From NCBI RefSeq assembly GCF_009914755.1, contig NC_060931.1: a stretch of 64,000 nt of DNA. One strand, written 5' to 3'. Source of the DNA: the human T2T-CHM13v2.0 reference genome, Homo sapiens. The notes under the pieces were generated by a model. That model was given only the letters and a program-made list of their open reading frames with translations, was not told where the DNA came from and searched no databases. This document shows, piece after piece, positions 24,639 through 37,934 of the stretch. The first letter of the stretch is position 1, and each line of letters starts with the position of its first letter. Both the position numbers and the translations under genes were made by a program.

Positions 24639-26492
24639 CCATTATATGGAGTACAAAAATAAACACTGAAAGAAAAATTTAATTGTGCAGTAATTCTAAT
24701 TGTTTTGCATTTGATATCTTTCTTCAATTAAAATTGTATCACACTTGATTTGGATTCAAATGTTCCCATTGTCTTTTAAACCTCAGAAAATTATCAAGGT
24801 ATTTTCTGTTATTTGTACATCTTGTTCCATGATCTTAAAAATGTTACTGGTGCAATAGCACCTTGAACATATTACTTCTCTCCATTTAAGCATCTTCTTC
24901 TTTTAAATAATAAAAGAAAAATATCTTTATTATTATAGAGTAAACAAAAATAGGAGCTTGGCATACATCGGTTAAAAATAACAAAATTCACAAATACATG
25001 AAATTAAATAGTATAAAGATTTTGTCAATACCTATTTGCAATTCTCTCATGATTTCCATAGAAATTCACTAATCATGTCATTTTTAAACAACAAAAATAA
25101 TATTCCTAAGCATAAAATCAATTCAACCTTTTCTCTGTCTAGGTGCCTTCACACATAGAAAGAATCTTCTCCCAATGAATTATGTGTATCTCATAAGTGA
25201 TGATTTCAACAACTTCTGATGATTTTGATAAAGTTGAAGTTTATATTTCTGTAAATTAGTCACCAGACATTTCTCTTGTTCCATTCAAATGCCTCATTAT
25301 TATTACATCTGAGATTTCGTATTATTTGCCTTAGGTTGTTGGGCTTTGTAAATGAACAACCACTTTCTGTGATCTCATAAATAATTCCATTTCCTCTACT
25401 ACTATTCCTTCAATCCCCTCAGCCAAACTGTGTTCCTTCAACACATCTCAAAATATATCTTAGGGAGTCTGTAAACATACTCCTCTCTATCACATAAATT
25501 ACCATACTTGGGTGGTTTATATCTTCCATTCTCCTCCTTTATTTTTTTCTTTCCTTCCCAGACAGTAATCTGAAGGATCTGTGTGGCCTGAAATGGTTTG
25601 GGCTTCTAGACAAATTGCTCTATGGTTCTGGCATCATCAGATACAGAATCTGTTGTGTTAAATGCTTTGGAAACATTGGCCAAACTACACTTGGGAAGTG
25701 AGACTAAGAAATAGCAGGGACTATTTCTGAGAGATAATATTTAGAATTATTTCAAATGCTTGCATTTGAATGATAGGAAATTTATTTGAATAATGTTCTT
25801 CAAAATTGTAGTTTGTGCTTTGGGGAGCCATATTGTTTATGCAAAGCTCACCTAAGAGTTGTCATGAGGTAGAGTGGGATTATAGCAAAAACTAAGAAAA
25901 TGCTGGAAGTGTTCTCATTTAACAGAAAAATATAGATAAAAACCCTGCTATTACTAGAGTTATCATGTAATGTGTCTAGAAGTTATAATAAGACAAATAA
26001 ATGATGATCCCAATAAAAGAGGAATATCTATTGGAGGGAAAGTAACACAAAAGTACAAGAATTTCTATAAATATGAATGCATACAGTTACTATCTTTCCT
26101 TATACTAGTAATAATATACTCAAGAATTTACTTTGGACACCAATTTTATAAGAAGCAACAAAATGTAGATTATACAATAGAGGTTGTATAGATTGAAAAT
26201 ATTATTGAGAAATTTTTTAAAGTTAACTATTTAGAGAAGCAAATCATATAACTTCCTTACAAGTATTAATTTAGAGGTTTATCATTATCCTCTAATACAT
26301 GATTTTTTTGGTCAAACTAGATAACGTCATCCTCTGAAACATCTAAAACAACATTCAGTTTTTAATAAATTTCAAAATGTTAATAAATCATTGTGATATT
26401 GTAGGATAATATTAATAAATATAAAATACTCAAAGCTATATTAATTTATCCTGGACATTTTAGAATCAAGAATTTGAATAATGGTTCAAACA

Positions 26493-26493
<1 letters not shown>

Positions 26494-26525
<32 letters not shown>

Positions 26526-26528
26526 TGT
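26494..26528. repeat. (TG)n microsatellite
   Basis: Direct reading. Confidence 0.97.
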
Positions 26529-26679
26529 AAGTTAGATTAACCATAGGAAATTACACAAAGTACTATTACCCATGGTTAAATTAATAATTTGTTCTTTATT
26601 CCTTTAAATTGCCTATTTTGTTATGTAGTCCTATCAATTCTACACCTGAAATCAATCTTAAATTTTCAACTTGTTTTCC

Positions 26680-26734
26680 TCTACACTGTCACTACCCCTA
26701 TAAACCGTCTACACTGTCACTACCCCTATAAACC
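26680..26734. repeat. Perfect 27-bp tandem duplication (period 28)
   Basis: tctacactgtcactacccctataaacc occurs twice, separated by g. Confidence 0.95.
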
Positions 26735-27309
26735 ATCATCTGTAACAAACTATTAAAACAGTCTTGCAAAAATCTGAAATAATCCAAAGGGCAATTATAA
26801 GAGTGTTCATAAGTCAGAAAAAAACATATTTAAACAGAACAGAATACAGGAGTAATGTTTTAAGAGGCAGTTAATATTTCTAAATCAAAGGATTTCTTAC
26901 AGTATTTTAGTTTGAGATTGTGAAAGATAAATATTAAAGTGACCACAGATTCTTGCAACTCCCCTCATCAATGGAGGAAGCAGAACTAAAAGAAATAAAA
27001 TAGCATAAAGCATTGAGAAAGCAAGGAAAGGACCACCTAAGGTAGCACTGATGATAACCAAATCAAAAATGAAATAAAAGACCATTCTGAGCCATCTTCT
27101 AGCCTTTGCATTTTAAACGTATAAGTTATTATTAAGCTGTTCTTTCTAAAAATGAACTGTTTATTCTTGTCATTATCACCATTAAAATAATTTTTGATTT
27201 GTTAAATATAGACTTCATGTATAGACTCATCATAAGTAACAATTAAAATAACTATATATGTAAAAAATGAATCTTCTATAAAATGACCTTAGAAAAAATT
27301 TCATTTTTA

Positions 27310-27745
<436 letters not shown>

Positions 27746-28499
27746 CTACAATTAAATAATGTCATCTTAATTCTTGCCTCAAATTCAGTTTTCTACATGA
27801 ACAGAGCTAAGAAAATAACCTTTCCTAAAGTCTAGAGAAAATAAAACAAGAAGAGTTCTTTTTCTTCCTATATTCTTTAATTCAAGATTATTTTAATTCA
27901 GCTAACCTGGAAACTGGTGGGGTTGGAGAAGAACAATACTGGCAACCAAGCTAATTTTATTATAGGACAAGCCACGGGAAATTACATGATTATGAAATAA
28001 AAAGCTGATTTTTTGTGCTTATTTAATGTACTTCCTATCATAAATTCTCTGCTTCACTTTGTGGGAAGGATACAGTTAGTGCCTTCCCTGTCAAGTTATT
28101 TTCTTGAATTCTCTAAGAGACAGTGGCTAAGCAAATCCACTTAGGACCTGAATCCTAAGGAGATAAACAGAGCACAGAGGCCTGTTGATCAGAGAGAGAA
28201 CTTTTAAGACAAAATTTGGCCCAAGGAGTAAGCACAAGAAGGCAAGTTCTCCAGCGCTGCTTAACAGATTTTGAATATAAATAAACACAAATAGACTAGG
28301 AAAATTATAAAGAACAACTTTTAAAAGTTGTTAAAAGCATTTTTGACAAATGCTGAATGAAGTCATATTTGTTGCCTACAAAATATCTATACTGAAAAAT
28401 CCTTAGGCTACTCTTTATCTGCCCACCTCCACAGTGCTTATAAGGTATCCACTGCTAAAGATTGCACTTTGCATAATGGAAGACCTGCATTTTTAATTT

Positions 28500-28811
28500 T
28501 ATTATTATTATTATTTATTTATTTTTTTTTGAGAAAAGTTCTCACCCTGTCAATCCTGCTAGAGTGCAATGGCACAATCATGGCTCACTGCAACCTCCAC
28601 TTCTCAGGCTAAAGTGATTCTCCCACCTCAGCCTTCTGAGTAACTGGCACTACAGTTACACACTGCCAGGCCCAAATAATTTTTGTATTATTTGTAGAGA
28701 GAGGGTTTTACCATGCTACCCAGGCTGATCTTGAATTCTTGAGCTCAAGCAATACACCCACTTCGGCCTCACAAATGCTAGGATTCCAGGTGTGAGCCAC
28801 TGCACCAGGTC
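28500..28811 (-). mobile_element. AluJ
   Basis: (tta)n/T tail; atcatggctcactgc and gagctcaagcaat are AluJ-type. Confidence 0.9.
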
Positions 28812-29689
28812 CCTTCTATATTTTTATCTCAAATATGTTCAAGATTGGCAAACACAAATAGGAGAGTGCAGGTGATATAAAATACAAAACAAAATAACAG
28901 CGGCACTGAAATAAAACTTAGTTCATTGCTACATAGAAAGTCCCTTCTCTTCTATATTCTAGGATATACGTGCTATGAATTAATAACAATAATGTGATGC
29001 TTTTCAATGTCTTCTCTCAAAGTTATCTAAAAGTTATTCTTTTTTTTAACCTTTTGGCTATGACATTTCATATCTGAATAAATATATAATTTAAGTGTAA
29101 GTTATCAGATATTGAAGATTTACACATCGGTTGAATATTACCCATACAGCCTGGATTTGAAGCTGGATGTGATTATTATAAATCCTTTTGGAATGAAGTT
29201 TCAGTTTTATATATAGGAGGGTATATGCTAATGTGGTCAGCCAAAAAGTGTGGGTTTAAAGTGATTCTTTACTTTTATTATTACAATTGTACATACAGGT
29301 TTTCTACCCAATAGTTAACTACCCAGTATCTACTTTCTTATAATGAAAATACCTAATTTTCATTTGATGGTTTATGTGTCTTTCTCTCCCACTTTCAGTC
29401 TATGTGGTTAAAGGGAAGAGGCTCCAGGGGTGGGCCATCAATGCAAGCCTGGGCCAACATGACTTTAGCTTTTGGCTAGAGAAAGATTCAGAAGGACATG
29501 TGGCCTAAATTGTTCCAATCAAAACGAATCCAAAAACATTTCTCAAAGCCTCCAGAAAAGAAAAGAAAGGTTTTTTGTTTGTTTGTTTTACTGGATACAC
29601 TAAAGGATATAAAATGGAGGCTATCTTGTAGAATCTGAGAATAAAATCAATCGAAGAGAAATGTTAGGAGATCAGGAAAACCAATTCCA

Positions 29690-30403
<714 letters not shown>

Positions 30404-32690
30404 TGACCACAAGTATTACTTGAGCAAAGAATCAGCTCTACCTTGAAACACTATAACGTCTACACTTCTTAGGTAAGTAAGAAAGTGAATCTTGTTATTA
30501 ACCTAGCTTGTGTGAATTGGATGTACTCTCACCAGGAACTAGAGAGATACAACTAACAAAGCATTAAAACAGTGAAAAAATGATTTGGTGTGTGTTTCGT
30601 TGCTTTGTTGGTGATTAATCTCTGTAGTCACTGAGACTTCTAAGGAGCAATGTATTAAAAAATTTTCCAGAAATATGCTCATTTACCTATGATCTAACCC
30701 ATCATTTCAATAGTAAATGACCACAAGCTAAAGCTCCGCAAAATATATAATGAATATATTAACTCTCTATGACATTGTAAAAGTCACAATAATGTGTTGC
30801 TCTCTCCTTATTACCTAGAATGAGTTCTGAGGGAAGACTATATCTATATTCATCTTTCTTTAACTTTCAGAAAGGACTTATGGTAATGAATATTTGAATA
30901 TTCAATAAATGGAAATGATTGACCTTTTCACTAGAACAGAAGGCTCTGCTGAATAGGTGCTGTTGATGGCCAATAGAAAAGAGGAAGAATCTACTGTTTC
31001 TGATATGCTCATTATAATTTTGTTCGCTCCAACCAGTCGACTGCTACAGCAGAAACTACAGTGCTTACCTTCAAGCGCACTGGATTTCAATTTGTTTTAC
31101 AGTGAATCGAGCTTTGATATCTTCGTGTTTACAATAAACAACTTGAAATGCATTCTACATTTGGGGAATTATCCTAGGTCCATGTGCCAGAAATATAGTG
31201 CTTTTTGGCAGGCTTCTAATCCCTGGGGCTTAAGTTAAATAAGGAATGGTTTGAAAGTATACAGAATTCTGGGGTGATAAATCCAGAGAATTTAAATGAC
31301 TTGCTTGTTTTAGATACTTGCCTTCTCTGGAAAAGCTGGAAGAATGTAAATTTGATTTTTGTATTTTAAGCACTTCCTCTGCATTTTCTATCACATACAT
31401 ATGCACACAAACATGCACACATACAAAAACAGAAATTGTATCATTTTATGATTATAAGTTTCACTGAGACTCACTCCCACACAATGTGTTCTAAGAACCT
31501 TATCTTATTTGGTTGCACCTTAGACATCATGCTGTTTACGAGATAAAAGCACAGTTGTTGCTGTCAGCCAGGCCATCTGGTAAGGCTGTAAGTGGTAAGA
31601 AGGGTGAAAGTAAGAGTCCTACTCTGGCAACTGATTCAGAAACCTATTAGGGAAGAAGTCAAGAATTATGGATTACTAGTTACTATGTCTATGTGCTAAA
31701 ACATAAAAACACATAAAACCTATCTAGTGAATGAACACATATATGTATGTTAATTGGCTGGAGCTGTTCTTTAACTTTAGGAGGGGGAAAACATAAATGA
31801 CCAGAGTAAGCAGAGCATATTTAATTTTTTTTCTCTACTACAAAGTAGATATTTTTTCCAAATATTTACTTATCTAATATTTAATAAATTCTATAGCTCC
31901 CAGTAAAATTAGCTATTTGTAGACAGTTATATAAAACTTCATGTTGAGAAATATCTAAAAATACATGACACACTAATACACCTTCAAGGTGATATTCATT
32001 AGATATGATACACAATGAAACTGAACTTCTGCTTTGTTCTGAATACATTTTATCAGTTATTTGAGAATTTAAAATAGAGTAGAATTATTATTTATAACAT
32101 TTACTTTTAATATAATTATATCTCACTCCATTTAATTACATTAAAAGAAATAAAAAATGTATCTTGATTTCTTTTAAATGGAGTGAGATTTACTTAACCA
32201 CAAGAACCAGGTTCTACTTCTGAATGACAGGTTGACTATTTACAATATTTATTGCCTGAAATAAAGATGATTTTCAAGTGTTTTTGATACATGAATAAAA
32301 TATGGTTTCAAAATAATATTAACAAAATAATTATCTATCCCTCTGTACACACACATGTACACATGTTAACATGACAAGAAAAGTAGAGAATTAACCAGTT
32401 GCTTCAAAATTTTCAGTCAAATGAATATATTTCATTGAAGCGAGGAAAACTTTTCTTGCATAATACATGAAGCTATCTCAAATCTCTTATTTATTGATAT
32501 GGGTATTAATATGGGCATGGTAATATATTGCTGTTATTCTTCTGTGCCTTTAACATTATATATGATCCCATGGCATAAAGTTAGAATACCCATTTTAGTA
32601 TGTAAGTTCAAAATTCAGAGATGAACAACATAACTGATTATTCTATATTTGTATGAATCACTTTCATGATTACTTCTGATTGAAGGAGAA

Positions 32691-35026
32691 TGATACAATT
32701 TGACTGTGTCCCCACCCAAATCTCATCTTGAATTCCCACGTGTTGTGGGAGGGACCCAGTGAGAGGTAATTGAATCATGGGGGCAGGTCTTTCCCATGCT
32801 GTTCTTGTGATAGTGAATAAGTCTCATAAGATCTGATGGTTTTAAAAAGAGGAGTTTACCCATACAAGCTCTCCTTCTCCTGTCTGCCACCATGAGAGAT
32901 GTGCTTTTCTCCTTCCACCATGATTGTGAGGCCCCCCCAGCCACATGGAACTGTAAGTCCATTAAACCTCTTTCTTTTATAAATTGCCCAATCTTGGGTA
33001 CGTCTTTATCAGCAGTGTGAAAATGGACTAATACAGTAAACTGGAACCAGAAGTCAGGTGCTGCTGGAAAGATACCTGAAAATGTGGAAGCAACTTTGGA
33101 ACTGGGTAACAGGCAGAGGCTGGAACAGTTGGGAGGGCTCAGAAGACGATAAAAAAAGAGGGAAAGTTTGGAACTCCCTAGAGACTTGTTAAATAGCTTT
33201 AACCAAAATGCTAATATAATATGGACAATGAAATCCAGGCTGAGGTGCTCAGATGGAGATAAGAAACTTGTTGGGAACTATAGCAAAGGTGAATCTTGTT
33301 ATGTTTTATCAAAGAGACTGGTGGCATTTTGCCTCTTTCCTAGAGATTTGTGGAAATTTCAACTTGAGAGAAATGATTTAGGGTATCTGGTGGAAGAAAT
33401 TTCTAAGCAGCAAAGCATTTAAGAGGTGACTTGGGTGCTGCTAAAGGCATTTAGTTTCGAAAGGGAAGTAGAACATAAAAGTTCAAAAAATGTGTAGCCT
33501 GACAATGTGATGGAAAAGAAAATCCCATTTTCTGATGAGAAATTCAAGCTGGCTGCAGAAATTTGAATAAGTAACAAGGAGTTGAATGTCAATCCCCAAG
33601 ACAATGGGGAAAATGTCTCCAGGGCATGTCAGAGGTCTTCATGGCATCCCCTCCCATCACAAGCCCAGAGACCCAGGTTTTGTTTTGTAGGCTGGGCCCA
33701 AGGTCCCTGTGCTCTGTGCAGCCTACAGACTTGGTGCCCTGTGTCTCAGCTGCTCCAGCCATGGCTGAAAGGGGCCAATATAGAGCTTGGGCTGTGGATT
33801 CAGAAGGTGCCAGGCCCAAGCCTTAGCAGCTTCCAAATGATGTTGGGCCTGCAGGTGCACAGAAGTCAAGAATTGAGGTTTGAGAACCTCCACCTAGATT
33901 TAAAAGAATGTATGGAAACACCTGGATGTCCAGGCAGAAATTTGTGAGGCTTCCCCAGCCACATGGAACTGTAAGTCCATTAAGCCTCTTTCTTTTATAA
34001 ATTGCCCAGTCTTGGGGTATCTTTATCAGCAGTGGGAGGGCCCTCATGGAGGACATCTGCTAGGGCAGTGCAGAAGGGAAATGTGGGGTTGGGGCCCCCA
34101 CACAGAGTTCCTACTGGGGCATTGCCTAGTGGAGCTGTGAGAAGAGAGCCACTGTCCTCCAAACCCCAGAATAGTAGATCCACCAACAGCTTGCACCATG
34201 TACCTGGAAAAACCACAGACACTCTACACCAGCCCATGAAAGCAGCCAGGAGGGGGCTATATCCTGCAAATCCAAGGGGCATATCTCCCCAGGGCCATGG
34301 GAGCCCACCTCTTGCATCAGCGTGACCTGGATATGAGATACGGAATCAAAGGAGATCATTTTGAAGCTTTAAGATTTGACTTCCCCCACTGGATTTTGAA
34401 TTTGCATGGGGCCTGTAGCCTCTTTGTTATGGCCAATTTCTCCCATTTGAAATGGCCATATTTACCCAATGCCTGTATCCCCATTGTATCTAGGAAGTAA
34501 CTAACTTGCTTTTGATTTCACAGGCTCATAGGTAGAAGATACTTGCCTTGTCTTGGATAAGACTTTAGACTGTGGACTTTTGCGTTAATGCTGAAATGAG
34601 TTAAGATTATGGGGGACTGTTGGGAAGGCATGATTGGTTTTAAAATGTGAGGACATGAGATTTGGAAGGGGCCAGGGGTGGGATGATATGCTTTGGCTGT
34701 GTCCACCCAAATCTCATCTTAAATGCCCACGTGTTGTGGGAGGGACCCAGTGGGAGGTAATCAAATCATGGGGGCAGGTCTTTCCCATGCTGTTCTCATG
34801 ATAGTGAATAAGTCTCACAAGATATGATGGCTTTAAAAAGGGGAGTTTCCCTGCACAAGCTCTTCTTCTCTTGTCTGCCACCATGAGAGATATGGCTTTC
34901 ACCTTCCACCATGATTGAGTGGCCTCCTCAGCCATGTGGAACAGTAAGTCCATTACACCTCTTTCTTTTGTAAATTGCCCAGTCTCGGGTATGTCTTTAT
35001 TGGCAGTGTAAAAATGGACTAATACA
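32691..35026 (+). mobile_element. Full-length THE1 (A/B-like) MaLR provirus: LTR 32691-33035, internal region, LTR 34684-35026
   Basis: Both LTRs run tgata..tgtcc(c)acccaaatctcatct..aatggactaataca; polypurine tract aggggccaggggtggga before LTR2; TSD gagaa / gggaa. Confidence 0.95.
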
Positions 35027-35034
35027 GGGAATTA

Positions 35035-35965
35035 TAAGCAATAGCATCTAACAAAGTTCTAATATCAAGAATCGATAGGAAACAAACAAAGCAATATGTG
35101 AAAAACAAACAACCCCAATAAAAAGTGGAAAAAAATACATGAACAGACACTTTTCAAAAGAAGATTTACACATGACTAACAAGTATAGGAAAAAATGCTC
35201 AACATCACCAGTCATTAGAGAAATGCAAATCAAAACCACAATAAGGTACCAACTCACACTAGTCAATATGGCTATTATTAAAAAGTCAAAAAAATAACAG
35301 TTGCTTGCAAGGTTGTGGAGAGAAACAGAATGTTTATACACTGCTGGAGGGAATGTAAATTAGTTCAGCCACTGTGGAAAGCAGTTTGGAGATTTCTCAA
35401 AGAATTTAAAACAGAACTAACTTTCGACCCAGTAATATCATTACTGGGTGTATATCCAAAAGAATATAAATCATTCTACCACAAAGATACAGGCATGCAT
35501 AGTATGCTTATTGCAGCACTGTTCACCACAGTGAAAACAGGGTATCAACCAAGATGCTCATCAACTGTGGATTAGATAAGAAAAATGTCGTACATATGCC
35601 CCATGGATTGCTATGCAGCCATAAAAATGAACAAAATTATGTTATTCGCACCAACAAGGATGCAGCTGAAGGCCATTATCCTAAGCCAAATAAGACAGGA
35701 GCAGACAACAAAATACCACATGTTCTCATTTATAAGTGGGAGTGAAACATCCAATACATTTGGATTCAAAGTTGAGAACAATAGATAAGGGGGTCTATTT
35801 GGGGGTGGAGGGTGAGAGGAGCATGAGGATTGAAAAACTACCTATCAGGTACTATGCTTCTTACATGGGTGATGAAATAGTCTCTGCACTAAACCCCAGT
35901 GACACACAATTTACTCATGTAACAAAACTGCACATGTAGCCCCTAAACTTAAAATAAAAGTTGGA
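35035..35965 (+). mobile_element. L1PB/old L1PA 3' fragment
   Basis: ORF2 C-terminal zinc-knuckle peptide [22 protein letters not shown] (ORF 35315-35575), followed by 3' UTR. Confidence 0.9.
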
Positions 35966-35968
35966 AGG

Positions 35969-36310
<342 letters not shown>

Positions 36311-37899
36311 TTAAAGAAGACCTGACTTCTGACTTAATAGCTTTTCAGCAGTTTTAAATCACTTTTTTGTGATACTCATTTTCCTAGCTTGTAAAACTGG
36401 AATAAAAAATGTCTTCTCTACCAGTTTATTATTATTTTTTGTGACACCTACAGGAGTCCATGAATGTGATTGTACTTTATAAAATGGCAAATACCATTTA
36501 GATGTGAGGTACCAACATAAAGTTTAAAATACTACCCTAGACAATTAGTACTAGGCATTATTAAACCCTCAAAACATTTTTTTCTCATTAATTAGATTCA
36601 ATTTCACATATTAAATAGGAATATTTACTAAGTTTGGGAGCTTTCTTTCTTTCTTCCTTTATTTTTTCTTTCTTCTTTTCTTTCCCATATCCTTGCCTTG
36701 AATAAAGAAATAAGTGTTTCCTTCCCAAGCCAACTCATGCTGAGTGCACAAAAATTGTAATGGATTTTGAGGATGCCCACAAAATTTCAGGCATCTGTCT
36801 GTGGCTCATAAGGCCACTGCAGAGTTGCCATGGGAAAAAGTGTGGTGAGTACATTCTTGAGAGAGCCTATCATGTACTCCTGGAAGACTGTGTAATACTG
36901 CGGGTGAAGGGGGCCAAAGATGGAGCCACTTTTCCTCCTTTTGGAATGGCAAGAATACATACTGGACAAAGGACTGTGTGTATGTCAAAGAAAGTAGCTG
37001 TACTTGGGCTCTCTTATCAGGGCTCCATGTTGAAAGGCTCATCACCAGGGAAAGGGTCCCCCCACAGCTAGAGATTGTGATAGATACTGTGGAGAGTGAG
37101 ATCTAGAGGTAGTGCTTAGTAAGCAGTCTCAACCAGGAAGATTGTTCATATCAGGGCAGTCTTCAATGGGGGAGCTCCTACAGAGCCTCTGGAAGAAACC
37201 ACACCTATGTTCCACAAGAAAGTTAAAATTGGAATGCATATCAAAAAGCAAAACATATGTAGTTTTTATATCTCCTTTTACCTTTCTTTTTCCTTGGCAA
37301 ATGAAAAAGAGCAAAATAATATGTAAGCTGAGAGAAGAGAAGAGAAAAGTAAAGAACGAAAGGAGAAATTGATTCTCTTTCCTAGTGCTGATATATCTGA
37401 CAACAAATCAAGTCTCTCAGATAAAGTAAGGCACTAAGCATTGAGTTGGATATGTATGTGATCGAACTGATGGTTCAGACTGCAGTGAACGTTTTAAATT
37501 ACAAAGTGAATTTTGATTATTAGAGGGATATCATTCTTATTAGTGTACGTGAATAGACAACTTAAGAATAAGCCCAAGATGTCATCAAGAGATAGGAACT
37601 GTATACTCAGGAAAACTCGTTTGAAGGGGCAAAAATTAAAGATATTTATTCTGTAAAGTTCTAATTACTTATGATATTTACTACACACATGTTTTAGATT
37701 TCTTATCATCTTTTCTTTTGTTATACTTTGACTTGTCATTCTAGGGCATTTTCTCAGTTTTAACTTCCACATTATTGATTTCATTTTCTCCAATGCAAAT
37801 TATGTCATATATTGGTTCCTGTATTTTGATTTTTATAGAACCTCATTAAAAGAATAATGTTTATAAGGTATCATCCAGATACCTTATAAACAGAAACTC

Positions 37900-37900
<1 letters not shown>

Positions 37901-37930
<30 letters not shown>
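37901..37930. repeat. (AC)n microsatellite
   Basis: Direct reading. Confidence 0.97.
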
Positions 37931-37934
<4 letters not shown>

